In this document: piece by piece, positions 20,636 through 30,132 of the stretch
Numbering within the stretch: the stretch's first letter is position 1
Layout of the letters: each line of letters starts with the position of its first letter
NCBI GenBank assembly: GCA_963703285.1
Contig: OY969807.1
Span: 384,001 to 448,000 of the forward strand
Source of the DNA: an uncultured Nitrososphaerota archaeon
GTDB lineage: Archaea; Thermoproteota; Nitrososphaeria; Nitrososphaerales; Gagatemarchaeaceae
Reading direction: 5' to 3'
Length of the DNA stretch: 64,000 nucleotides
Position numbers and translations under genes: made by a program
Notes under the pieces: generated by a model
What the model saw: the letters and a program-made list of their open reading frames with translations, nothing else
What the model was told of the DNA's origin: nothing
The model's database searches: none

Positions 20636-20758
20636 TCTTCTTTCACTTCCTAGTGTACGACACTGCTACCCACCCTATTATGACCCGTATTAAATCTGCC
20701 GAGCCGCACTCTCGAGGCATGAGAAACACGTAATAGGGATGCTTTTTACCGACCTTTC

Positions 20759-20899
20759 ATGTCAACAAACGAGAGTTCGATTAAAACTTACACCCTATGC
20801 AACCGCCACGCGATTCGGATGGTAGAGGTGGCTCCGGGCCGTCTGGAGTGTCCCGTCTGCGCCCAGTCTGAGGGCACCCGACGCAGATACCGCAGATAG
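20759..20899 (+). CDS. 46-aa zinc-ribbon microprotein (below ORF-track cutoff)
   Basis: MSTNESSIKTYTLCNRHAIRMVEVAPGRLECPVCAQSEGTRRRYRR; CxxH...CPxC. Confidence 0.55.
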   Translation: MSTNESSIKTYTLCNRHAIRMVEVAPGRLECPVCAQSEGTRRRYRR

Positions 20900-21041
20900 T
20901 CGCGGGTACGATAGGATTCGGGTTTAAGGATCGGGGCGCGCCCGAGCCCTTCACAGGCCATTCTCCCACCCCAAAAGGTCGAAGAGTTCCGGACCGTGGA
21001 CTGCCGTCTGCCCACCGGGGGGTCGGTCGTTCCTCGCCGCT

Positions 21042-22034
21042 CTAGTCGTCGAACTTGTAGGTGGGCAGCGAGAGGTCCGAGACGTCAACGAAAGCCTTCG
21101 AGATCCTCTCGAGGAGGCCCAGAAGGTCCACCACGGCGCTCGTCGGGATCCTCCCCTCCTGTGCTATGCTCCGGAGCCGCGCCATGACGTCCTGGTGCAT
21201 CGAATCGATGAGGAGGTACCCCTTCCTGCTGCGCCCGCTCTTCCTGCCCAGGAAGCTGCCGAGGGACGTCTCCTCCATCTCCTCCAGGGTCATGAGCACT
21301 TGGGCGGTCTCTTCGACCGCCATGAATCCCGGCAACTCCCTCGCAGCCCTTGTCGAGAACTCTCCTATGGTGTCCCCAAGGCCCTCGATGAAACTGGCGA
21401 GCACCCTGTAGTCGAGGCACTCCACCGGCGTCAGGCCGTATCCTCGTGCGACCTCCGGGTCGACGGTGGCGCTCCTGATCGCCCTTACCAGCAGGAAATA
21501 GAGCCTGTCCACCTCGTCGTCCCTCTCAGAGATGAGGGTCATCATCTTGCCGTCCCCGCCTACGAGGGCCTCCCTCGCGTCCCTGAGCATCGCCTTCGTC
21601 AGGCTTGCCATCCTCCGTACCATCTTCTCGGGGTCGAGCGTGGAAGGCTCGGGTAGGAACTGGAGCGTGAGGCTCTTGGAATCTTCGTCCATAATCTCCA
21701 GCCCGACGAGGCGCCGGATGACCGCCTTGATCTTCTCCCAATCCTCCCTTGAGATGGCCTGGCTTCCCTCGATCTTTATGACGTCGTTTCCAATCAGGTA
21801 GGCTCCCGTGATGTCGTTGATGACGTACGAGAGGTTATCCCTTGGATAGGCTATCTTGGTGGTCTTGGGCGCCTGCTCTTCAGTCCCGACCGGGCTGACC
21901 ATGAGCCTGCTCGGGGACACCTCCTCGACGAGCACCGACGCGCCCCTCAGGACGTTGTTCCTCCGCGCCCACTTCTTGGGCAGGGAAATCAGTACAGTTC
22001 CTCCGCCCATCTCCAGGACCTTCCTCGTGTCCAT
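21042..22034 (-). CDS. AbrB-PhoU family transcriptional regulator
   Basis: RKVLEMGGGTVLISLPKKW AbrB domain; DDEVDRLYFL PhoU motif. Confidence 0.9.
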   Translation of the reverse strand: MDTRKVLEMGGGTVLISLPKKWARRNNVLRGASVLVEEVSPSRLMVSPVGTEEQAPKTTKIAYPRDNLSYVINDITGAYLIGNDVIKIEGSQAISREDWEKIKAVIRRLVGLEIMDEDSKSLTLQFLPEPSTLDPEKMVRRMASLTKAMLRDAREALVGGDGKMMTLISERDDEVDRLYFLLVRAIRSATVDPEVARGYGLTPVECLDYRVLASFIEGLGDTIGEFSTRAARELPGFMAVEETAQVLMTLEEMEETSLGSFLGRKSGRSRKGYLLIDSMHQDVMARLRSIAQEGRIPTSAVVDLLGLLERISKAFVDVSDLSLPTYKFDD

Positions 22035-22056
22035 AGAACTATAGAGTTCTCTATAT
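22035..22056. promoter_or_regulatory. Palindromic operator candidate AGAACT-ATAG-AGTTCT between the start codon and TATA box
   Basis: Perfect 6-bp inverted repeat directly upstream of the regulator ATG, next to a TATA-like box. Confidence 0.5.
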
Positions 22057-22210
22057 TATTTATAGGTTGTCTTGATATGCGCTCCGGTCCACGGCGCCTT
22101 GGTAGTCTAGGCCAATGGCACGCGCCGCGAGTGTCGTAAACTATGAACGCGAAGATGGCAGTGACCCTCGGGTCTCGCCCCGTGCAAAGCGACCACGGCT
22201 GACTGGAGAG

Positions 22211-23488
22211 ATGAACAAGCGGGACCCGCTCAAGGACATACAGTCGACGCGCGGCAGGGACCTGGAGGGCAAGAGGATAGTCCTCGGAGTGACCGGAAGC
22301 GTCGCCTCGGTCGAGGTACCGCAGCTGGCGCGCGAGCTAATCAGGCACGGGGCCGATGTCACCGCGGTCATGACGCCCGCGGCCGAGAGGCTGATACGCG
22401 CCGACCTCTTGGAGTGGGCGACGGGGAACCCAGTCATCCGGGAACTGACCGGGAGGGCTGAGCACGTGAGGCTGCTAAGCGAGTCTCCGGGACGGGCCGA
22501 CCTGCTGCTCGTGGCACCCTGCACGGCCAACACCATCTCGAAGATCGCCCTTGGCATAGACGATACGCCCGTCACGACGTTCGCGTCGATGGCCATAGGG
22601 AACGGAGTGCCTGTACTCGTCTGCCCGGCCGCTCACGAGCCCATGTATCGGAACATAGCCGTGTTGGAGAACACAAAGCGACTGAGGGCGATGGGGGTCG
22701 AGGTCGTCGAGCCGAGGATTGAAGAGGGAAAGGCGAAGATCGCGGACAGACAGTCGATAGTCCTGGCAGTGTTGAGGCGGCTAGCAAGGAAGGACCTGGA
22801 GGGAAGGAGGATCCTGGTCTCAGGAGGTCCCACCTTGGAGTTCATCGACCCTGTGAGGGTGATAACGAACCTCAGCTCGGGGAAGACGGGGCTGGACATC
22901 GCCATCGAGGCGTGGAGAAGGGGCGCATCGGTCTCGTACGTCTACGGCGGGAGCCTCGCCCCCCCGCCTTTCGTCACCTCGCGCAGGATAGTCACAACCG
23001 AAGAGATGTCCGAGGCGGTCCTGGGCGAGCTGAACTCCAAGCGATTCGACGTCTTCATCTCCGCCGCCGCTCCTGCGGACTTCACGCCGCTGAAGGGCGC
23101 GAGAACCAAGATACCTACCAAGCTCGGAAGCCTATCGCTCGAACTAAAGCCGACGCGCAAGATAATCCGGGAGGTGAGGACGGGGTTTCCGGAGCTCTTT
23201 GTGGTCGCCTTCAAGGCCGAGACGGTCGGTTCCCCCAAGGAACTCGAAGCTGTCGCGAAGGCATATCTCGCGGAATCGAAGGCAGACATGGTCGTCGCCA
23301 ACGACGTTTCCGGTGGAGCTGGGTTCGGCTCTGACTACAACGAGCTGGTCATCGTGACCAAGCGGAGAACGGTCCACCTCGCGAGGGACCTGAAGACCAA
23401 CCTCGTGGGGAGGCTGCTCGAAGAAGTCGCCTCGGAGATACGGAGGAAGAGAAAGGTCGCTGTGAAGGTCTCAGCGAAGGCTGGCTGA
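22211..23488 (+). CDS. coaBC: Bifunctional PPC decarboxylase/ligase
   Basis: GVTGSVA, APCTANTISKIALGIDD, GGPT.E.IDPVR.ITN.SSGK.G, VAFKAET. Confidence 0.95.
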   Translation: MNKRDPLKDIQSTRGRDLEGKRIVLGVTGSVASVEVPQLARELIRHGADVTAVMTPAAERLIRADLLEWATGNPVIRELTGRAEHVRLLSESPGRADLLLVAPCTANTISKIALGIDDTPVTTFASMAIGNGVPVLVCPAAHEPMYRNIAVLENTKRLRAMGVEVVEPRIEEGKAKIADRQSIVLAVLRRLARKDLEGRRILVSGGPTLEFIDPVRVITNLSSGKTGLDIAIEAWRRGASVSYVYGGSLAPPPFVTSRRIVTTEEMSEAVLGELNSKRFDVFISAAAPADFTPLKGARTKIPTKLGSLSLELKPTRKIIREVRTGFPELFVVAFKAETVGSPKELEAVAKAYLAESKADMVVANDVSGGAGFGSDYNELVIVTKRRTVHLARDLKTNLVGRLLEEVASEIRRKRKVAVKVSAKAG

Positions 23489-23612
23489 TCAGCCGCCCCG
23501 GCGCCGGGGTTGAGTGGTAGAAATGCAGCGCGACGTGCTAGTTCGAGCTTCACGAGCCCGCTGCCTCGGACACTTGTGCAGCAGGGGCAGGCGACCACCG
23601 AGTCGGTCTTCG

Positions 23613-24482
23613 TCAGTTAACCGGTCTTCGTGCGCTCAATAGCCTCTGAGCCTCCCCAGGGTCCATGTGGAAGGTGTGCTCTTCCCCCGGGAAGGCCCCG
23701 GAGGTGACTTCCTTCGCGTACGATTCGATTGCCCCCTGTATCTCCGCGGAGAGGTCCAGGTACTTCTTCGCGAACCTGGGCGTGAACCTATCGAACAGCC
23801 CGAGCATGTCGTGGATGACGAGTATCTGGCCGTCGCAGGCCCCGCCTGCGCCTATACCTATCGTGGGGACTTCAACGGAGTCCGTTATCAGCTTCGCAGT
23901 CTCGGATGCCGTCATCTCGAGCACTATCGCGAACACGCCCGCCTCCTCGAGCGCCCTGGCGTCCTCAACCAGCGCGGTCGCGGCCGCTGCCGTTCTGCCC
24001 TGTACCCGGTAGCCTTCGGCTGTGGGCGTCGTCTGCGGGGTGAAACCTATGTGGCCCATAACGGGGATCCCCGCTCTGGTCAGGGCGCGAACGGTAGGGG
24101 CGAAGTCGACACCCCCCTCGATCTTGACAGCGTCCATCCCTCCCTCCTTCACCATGCGCGCCGCGTTGTGCACGGCCTCTTCGATGCTCTCCTGAAACGA
24201 CATGAAAGGCATGTCGGCCACGAGGAGGGGCCTCTTGGCTCCCCTCGAGACGGCGGAAGACATGAGGATCATCTCCTCCATCTTCACCGGCCTGGTGTCG
24301 CGATATCCGAGAGTGACCATCCCTCCCGAGTCGCCCACCAGGATGATATCGACTCCCGCCCTCTCCGCCAGGGTGGCCGTGGGGTAGTCGTAGGCCGTGA
24401 TAGAGACTATCCTCTTCGCCTCTCCGTTCTTCGACGGCTTACGACCACGGATGTCCGCTATCGTGACCTTGTGCTCGGTCAT
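23613..24482 (-). CDS. panB: 3-methyl-2-oxobutanoate hydroxymethyltransferase
   Basis: TAYD, ILVGDS, VADMPFMS, VKIEGG, GHIGFTPQ, IGIGAG..CDGQILV. Confidence 0.96.
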   Translation of the reverse strand: MTEHKVTIADIRGRKPSKNGEAKRIVSITAYDYPTATLAERAGVDIILVGDSGGMVTLGYRDTRPVKMEEMILMSSAVSRGAKRPLLVADMPFMSFQESIEEAVHNAARMVKEGGMDAVKIEGGVDFAPTVRALTRAGIPVMGHIGFTPQTTPTAEGYRVQGRTAAAATALVEDARALEEAGVFAIVLEMTASETAKLITDSVEVPTIGIGAGGACDGQILVIHDMLGLFDRFTPRFAKKYLDLSAEIQGAIESYAKEVTSGAFPGEEHTFHMDPGEAQRLLSARRPVN

Positions 24483-25300
24483 CTCCCCGCACCCCTGGCT
24501 ACGGGTATCCCTTCGGCCGTGCCTCCGGTCTTGGACAGGTATGCGAGCCGCTCCGCGATTGCGGCTATCGAGGAGCCTAGCACTCTCTTGTTGTCGTACT
24601 CCCCGACCAGGGCGTTGAGCTTCGAAGGGTGCGCGCCCTTCAGTTCCTCGGCCATCGAGGTGAGGTTCGGGATTGCCCTGACGACGTTGTCCACGATTGT
24701 GACGGTCGCTCTTTGTGACGTCCGGGACAGCGGGTTGAGGTCCACGGCTATGGTCAGCTTGCCCATGCGCTGAAGCGCCTCTACCCTGTCTCCATCTTCC
24801 AGCGGGACGAGCACGACATCCGCCGCGAATATTCCCTCCGGGTCGACGATCCGCCTCATGCTGCTCAGCTCCGGTATGACAGCGCCGCGTTTCCTCCGAG
24901 GCCTTACACCGAGGACCTCTTTCGCGCCCGCCCGCCTAAGCACCGAGGCTATCGCCTTCAGGCGTCTCGGCGACCTGTAGAAGAGGTTCACCTCCAGTGC
25001 AGCTCCGGTGGCCCTCGAGAGCTTGACGAGCTCACCCGGCACCAGCGCCGCGGCGTTGCCGTTGACGGATATCACGGGCCTCTTGGCTAGAAGCAGATAT
25101 GCGGCGGCAGCTCGGGTCGCCTCCAGCGCCTGAGCCGTCGTCTCCTCGCCCAGCAGGTAGTCGAAGGCTTCCCCCCTCCCTTGAGCGATCAGGCCGGCGT
25201 CAGCTACGACCCCGAGCTTCCAGTGGTGGATGAGCTGCTCTCGCTTGCGCAGGGACTCTGCCCTCGGGTGGTCTGGGGGTATCTCGAGGCGCATCGTCAT
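24479..25300 (-). CDS. pps: 4-phosphopantoate-beta-alanine ligase (phosphopantothenate synthetase)
   Basis: IPPDHPR..SL..RE, GRGEAFDYLLGE, ISVNGN, VPLEDGDR, DLNPLSRT. Confidence 0.95.
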   Translation of the reverse strand: MTMRLEIPPDHPRAESLRKREQLIHHWKLGVVADAGLIAQGRGEAFDYLLGEETTAQALEATRAAAAYLLLAKRPVISVNGNAAALVPGELVKLSRATGAALEVNLFYRSPRRLKAIASVLRRAGAKEVLGVRPRRKRGAVIPELSSMRRIVDPEGIFAADVVLVPLEDGDRVEALQRMGKLTIAVDLNPLSRTSQRATVTIVDNVVRAIPNLTSMAEELKGAHPSKLNALVGEYDNKRVLGSSIAAIAERLAYLSKTGGTAEGIPVARGAGR

Positions 25301-26190
25301 GCGGCCAGCCTTGCGCTCTCCGTCTCTACAGAAGACACGATGACCTGGCCGTCTTTCCATTCCTTGATCATCAGCCGAGCAAGCTCCGTGGTCTCGTTCT
25401 CCCTCACGATGGTGAAGAGGGTGTGACCGAACATCGCCATCCCGAGCAGGTAGCCGTGCGACCTCGCGTTGTCCATGACGCGGAGATACTGTTCACCGAG
25501 GCCCAGCCGCATGCTAAAGTCGTGGGCGAGGCTGAGGAACGTCTTGAGGTCCCTCTTCCTGCATATCTCGTCGGAATACGCGCCACCCATGTCGTTGATC
25601 CTCTTCCTGTAGTCAGGATTGGAAAGGAACTCGCTCGTGAGCATCGGGCCATTGTGGAGGGCCACGACCGTGTGCTTTCCGGACAGCGGTATCTGGAAGA
25701 CCGTGCCGACGCCGGGGGCTCCCTCCTTCTCCCTGACCTCGAGGCCACCGCAGAATTGTCCGAGGACTGTGCCCAGTCCCGTCTTGAGCTCCACCTCGGC
25801 GGAGTGCGCCAACTGATACACTTCGAGGCTCGTGAGCCCCAGACCGAGCGCCTCCAATCCTGCCATCGCCGCGCTTATCGCGCCGGCGCCGCTGGTGCCG
25901 AATCCGCTCCCGACAGGTACCGGAATTACGTGGCGGACCACCAGACCATGCCGGCCCCCGGCGAGCGCGAGCAACCTCTCCGCCACTCTCTTCGACACTC
26001 TGGCGTCGACTTCGTGGCCGTTGATCAGTGTTCGTATGCCTGGCTCGGAGACCGTCTCCACCTCCGTCTCGACCTCTTTCATGAGGTTCACACCAGCGCC
26101 CCTAGACCCCCTCCTGAGTGGGTCAGAGGCCGAGTCCCTGATCTCGAAGAACCCGGTGATGTGAGTGGGACATAGAGAGGCCGCTTTCAA
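25297..26190 (-). CDS. poK: Pantoate kinase (GHMP family)
   Basis: P.HITGFF, GSRGAG, PVGSGFGTSGAG, AH.AEV..KTGLGTV; in an operon with pps and panB. Confidence 0.92.
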   Translation of the reverse strand: MKAASLCPTHITGFFEIRDSASDPLRRGSRGAGVNLMKEVETEVETVSEPGIRTLINGHEVDARVSKRVAERLLALAGGRHGLVVRHVIPVPVGSGFGTSGAGAISAAMAGLEALGLGLTSLEVYQLAHSAEVELKTGLGTVLGQFCGGLEVREKEGAPGVGTVFQIPLSGKHTVVALHNGPMLTSEFLSNPDYRKRINDMGGAYSDEICRKRDLKTFLSLAHDFSMRLGLGEQYLRVMDNARSHGYLLGMAMFGHTLFTIVRENETTELARLMIKEWKDGQVIVSSVETESARLAA

Positions 26191-26375
26191 GAGAGATATG
26201 AGGGTCGCCGTCGACTAAATTAATATATCCTCTAGATACTCTATATATCTATAGACATTCTGAGCGTGAATCGGTCGGAGAACGGCGATTTTTCGGGGGA
26301 CACCTCTCGACCTCCTCTGCTCGTCCGCAAAGACGAGGTCCGACTTTCCCGCCGGAGGGGCCATCGCCTCGGCCC

Positions 26376-27413
26376 TTAGAGGACCAGGAGCTCTTTGGTG
26401 TAGGTGTAGAGGTCCTTAGCGCTCGCACCGATCGACAGCGTGTCCTCTATGCGCACTCCGAACTCTCCGGGGATATAGACGCCGGGCTCGATGGTCACAA
26501 CGTCCCCCTCCTTTAGCCGGTCCTTGCTCGTGCGGCCCAGTGAAGGCGACTCGTGGACGTCGATCCCCACGCCGTGACCGGTCCCATGCGTGAAGAACTT
26601 TCCGAGCTTCCTCTCGGTGAGGACCGCCGCGACGGCTTCGTGGACTGACCTTCCAGATGCCCCCCTCGCAGCGAGCGCGACCCCCTTGAGCTGGGCCTCG
26701 AGGACAGCCTGGTAGGAATCCCTTCGGTCCTGGGCGACCCTGCCTATGGCGTAGGTCCTCGTGCAGTCCGAGCAGTAGCCCTCGTAGCGGAAGAAGATGT
26801 CGGCGACCACCAGGTCGCCCCGCCTTAGCTTCCTGTCGGTGAGGACGGCGTGGGGGAAGGCCCCGTTCTCCCCTGAGGCGATGATCACCGGATCGAGCGA
26901 GCCCTCTGCCGGCAGGGGCGTGAGCTCCTCCTCGGTCGCCAGCTTCATCACGCCGGCCGCGACCTGCCACTCGGTCATCCCTGCCCTCATCGACTTCTCC
27001 AGCATCTCGTAGACCTTCTCAATCTTCCTGCTGGCGCGCCCGATCCTCGCCAGCTCCTCGTCGTCCTTCTTCCTCCTGACCCCCAGGAACAGCTCGGCGT
27101 CGACCGTCGACTTCCCCAGATTGGTCTCGAACTCGTCGGTCACAATCCTTCCCCTCGCCATCCTGCGCGCGGCGTCGAACTGTTGCGACCTGGCGCTGGT
27201 GGGTACGACCTCGACCTCCTTGCCGCTCTGGGTCGCCCGTCTCTCCTCCATGAAGGAGGTGAGCAGGACGGTCCTGTCCTCCCTGACCACCCCTATCCCG
27301 CCTCCCCAGAAGTCGGTGAGATAGAACAGATTCTTCGGGTTCGTCACCACCACACTGTCGAAACCCTTGGCCGCTGACAGCAGCCTCCTCCTCCTTCGAG
27401 CGAACGCGTTCAA
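26376..27413 (-). CDS. Xaa-Pro peptidase (M24B)
   Basis: PH, D...RYEGYCSDCTRT, HGTGHGVGIDVHE, TIEPG.Y, RIED. Confidence 0.93.
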   Translation of the reverse strand: MNAFARRRRRLLSAAKGFDSVVVTNPKNLFYLTDFWGGGIGVVREDRTVLLTSFMEERRATQSGKEVEVVPTSARSQQFDAARRMARGRIVTDEFETNLGKSTVDAELFLGVRRKKDDEELARIGRASRKIEKVYEMLEKSMRAGMTEWQVAAGVMKLATEEELTPLPAEGSLDPVIIASGENGAFPHAVLTDRKLRRGDLVVADIFFRYEGYCSDCTRTYAIGRVAQDRRDSYQAVLEAQLKGVALAARGASGRSVHEAVAAVLTERKLGKFFTHGTGHGVGIDVHESPSLGRTSKDRLKEGDVVTIEPGVYIPGEFGVRIEDTLSIGASAKDLYTYTKELLVL

Positions 27414-27480
27414 GGACGGCAGCTTGCCGACTGCGGCGTATAATGGTGTTTGGGGCCGGAGCTCCCTGCGCGCCCGCTTC

Positions 27481-29409
27481 TCAGCTTCCTGCGGCCGGGG
27501 ACTCGGGAACCTGCCTCGAGCCGCAGTTGGCGCAGAACGCCGCGTCGGGTTCGACGGGGGCACCGCAGTTCCCGCAGAACCCAGGGGCCGGCTGCTGCTC
27601 GCCCTTCTCCTGCGGGACCGCGGGCTCGGGCCTCCTCCTCGCCGCCACGAGGACGACCGCGACTATCACGACCACCAGCACGCCGGCACCCGCGTAGGCC
27701 AGGAGGGCGAGGATGGAGGAATGGTGCGGGGTCGCCGAGGCGACGAGCGAGGCCAGCGAGGCGTTGAAGTCGTTGGTCAGGATCCCATAGTTCGGCGTGC
27801 CTGACTGGGCTATGGCGCTGCCGTTCCCGTAGCTGACGATTATGTTGTAGGCGGCCTCCGCCGAGTCGTCTCCGAACGTGTACAGGGACGGGAAGGGCAC
27901 GAGGGTGTGGCCCTGATAGAACAGCGCCAGGTTCGCGTCGAGCTTGTACGTCGCGGCCTGTCCTCCAGCGGCCCCGCCGAAGACCAGCTCCGCGTCATAG
28001 AACATCCCGTTGATCGACGAGGCTCCGGCTGGCGTGTAGGACATGCCGTCGACGACGAGGGCCGCGGCAGCCACGTTGGGATCGTGAATCGTTATCCTGT
28101 CGTACCAGGTGATCTCTTTGGGAGCGGGCCCGTCGAGCGCGCGGACCCCCATCGAGATGAGGACGCCCACGCCCTGCTCGACCGTCTCGTTCGTGTAGAG
28201 CACCCAGGACTGCGGTAGCGCGTACACGGAGGTGTAGTCAGAGCCGTTGTTGCCGTAGTATGACTGGATGACGCCGACGTTGTCGTCAAGCGAGGTCGTC
28301 CCCGCACCAGTGATCGACTGGTTCGTGAGTTGCGCCCCATCCCCCGTGATGTTGAGGACGTTGTCCCTGTAGGTCACGGTCGCCGCTCCGGTGTCGAAAG
28401 CGAGGACATTCTGCGGCCAGTAGGTGAAGCTCGAGCCGTCGGTATCGTTTACCTCTAGGACGGTGTTCTCCTGCAGCGAACACTGGTGCGACCCGGACTC
28501 GTTGTCCGTCGCCTGCAGCTCGCTCACCTGTGCGAACCCCACTATGGCGGTCGATTCGACCTCGTAGGGGACGACCGTTCCCGAGTCGTTGTAGATGCCG
28601 TAGGCAGCTATCCCGGTCGGGCTCGGCGGCCCGAAGGCGAAGAGGTATGGATTCACGTTCGTCGGCGTGATGGTATAACTGAAGTAGACGTACGCGGGAT
28701 CCGAACTCTCGTCTGTGATCCCCATGACGTACAACCCTGGCTTGAGGGTCACGTTGTAACCGACGCTGACGGTCGGAGTGACGGTGAAGTTGGTTATGGT
28801 GACGTCGGGAGACCTGAAGACCATCTCTCCCGTCGACTTGTCGAGGAGCGCGTACTGGACCACTCGGGTCGAGGCTCCGACTATGTCGACCTGAGAGCTC
28901 GAACCCAGCGTCTCGACGTGGAGGGGCAGAGCAAACACTTCTCCCGGGTCTATCGTGACCAGCTCGCCCACGCTCGTGGTTGAGTTCCTGAGGTTCACGT
29001 TCGGGTTGACGACGTAGAGCGCCGTGACGTTGGCTGCGCCGGCGTAGGCGTACTCCACGAGGTAGTACGTCCCCGGTCCCTCCAGGACCGCGTCGTACAG
29101 CCCGTCGCCCGCTTGGTAGAAGATGGAGTTCGCGATGGCGCTCGGCTGGGTGAACCCGTCGAGCTCCTGCTGGTCCATGAACGCGGTGTAGATGCTGACG
29201 TTGCTCTTCGTGGCGTATCCGATTATGGAGGGCGATTGTATCGTTATCGCGGTGGAGTTGTAGTAGCCGGCCCGGAGGGAGTTCGTGTACTCCTGCTCGT
29301 ATTCGCCGGTCCCGGTCTGAGCTCGCGCCGGGGAGAACGGCTGCGAGACCATCAAGACGGGAAGCAAGAGCAGGACTACCATGAGTGCCGCGCTCAGGCC
29401 CTTCGCCAT
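27481..29409 (-). CDS. Thermopsin-family protease with signal peptide, C-terminal TM helix and double zinc ribbon
   Basis: PTGIAAYG, SLQEN.VL, YWPQNV, DAELVFGG, FG.DSAE; FCGNCG...FCANCG. Confidence 0.85.
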   Translation of the reverse strand: MAKGLSAALMVVLLLLPVLMVSQPFSPARAQTGTGEYEQEYTNSLRAGYYNSTAITIQSPSIIGYATKSNVSIYTAFMDQQELDGFTQPSAIANSIFYQAGDGLYDAVLEGPGTYYLVEYAYAGAANVTALYVVNPNVNLRNSTTSVGELVTIDPGEVFALPLHVETLGSSSQVDIVGASTRVVQYALLDKSTGEMVFRSPDVTITNFTVTPTVSVGYNVTLKPGLYVMGITDESSDPAYVYFSYTITPTNVNPYLFAFGPPSPTGIAAYGIYNDSGTVVPYEVESTAIVGFAQVSELQATDNESGSHQCSLQENTVLEVNDTDGSSFTYWPQNVLAFDTGAATVTYRDNVLNITGDGAQLTNQSITGAGTTSLDDNVGVIQSYYGNNGSDYTSVYALPQSWVLYTNETVEQGVGVLISMGVRALDGPAPKEITWYDRITIHDPNVAAAALVVDGMSYTPAGASSINGMFYDAELVFGGAAGGQAATYKLDANLALFYQGHTLVPFPSLYTFGDDSAEAAYNIIVSYGNGSAIAQSGTPNYGILTNDFNASLASLVASATPHHSSILALLAYAGAGVLVVVIVAVVLVAARRRPEPAVPQEKGEQQPAPGFCGNCGAPVEPDAAFCANCGSRQVPESPAAGS

Positions 29410-29568
29410 GCCGGCGACGTCGCACCTGATTTGTATTAAAGAGCGAGGCTGTCACCTCCCCCTCGCGTGGCACGTCGCGCGTCTTTTCGCAGGGCCTTGG
29501 TAGCCGGGCGGAGCGGGAGGTCCGCGTCTCAAAAACAATAAATAACGTCTGATTTGAAAATTCGCACG

Positions 29569-29979
29569 ATGTCGTCCCCGAAACACTTCAGGAAGGACGA
29601 AGTCGACGGAAAGGTCGTCATTGAGACGACGGGAAAGGCATTCGGAAAGGCCAAGGACATCGCCTTCGGTCTGGACGGGACCGTTGCTCTCATCGTGCTT
29701 ACAGACGACAACACGGAGGTCGAGGTGACCATGGACAAGGTCATGGGCGTCGCAGACTACATCGTGATAAGGAAGGACACCCCGCTGCCGAAGGCTTCGC
29801 CCCCGCCCCCGTCACCGTCCCCGGTGGCGGTCCCCGCACCGGCCCCCGTCTCCATCCCCCCGCCCGTCATGGTGGCGCCGCCAGCCCCAGTACCGATGGC
29901 CCCGAGCGTCTGCAGGAACTGCGGGGCAGCCCTCAAGCAGGGAGCGAAGTTCTGCACCAGATGCGGCAGTCCTGTGTGA
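29569..29979 (+). CDS. PRC-barrel protein with Pro-rich linker and zinc ribbon
   Basis: GKVVI...GK.FG..KDI PRC pattern; CRNCG...FCTRCG. Confidence 0.75.
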   Translation: MSSPKHFRKDEVDGKVVIETTGKAFGKAKDIAFGLDGTVALIVLTDDNTEVEVTMDKVMGVADYIVIRKDTPLPKASPPPPSPSPVAVPAPAPVSIPPPVMVAPPAPVPMAPSVCRNCGAALKQGAKFCTRCGSPV

Positions 29980-30132
29980 CGCAGGCGCGCAGGCCGGCGC
30001 GGTCTCTCCTCAATCCCACGACGACCGGGAATCCTCGATGACGGTCGCGTCTTGGCACCGCGTTTTCGCTGGCGCGATTTATACGCTTATATCGCATAAT
30101 CTTCCTGCAACGTGACACCGGAGCCTCTGGGA

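Noticed and set aside
20781-21040. Possible SRP or RNase P RNA in this GC-rich gap
   Set aside because: No SRP helix 8 or RNase P P4 signature; better explained by a microprotein gene
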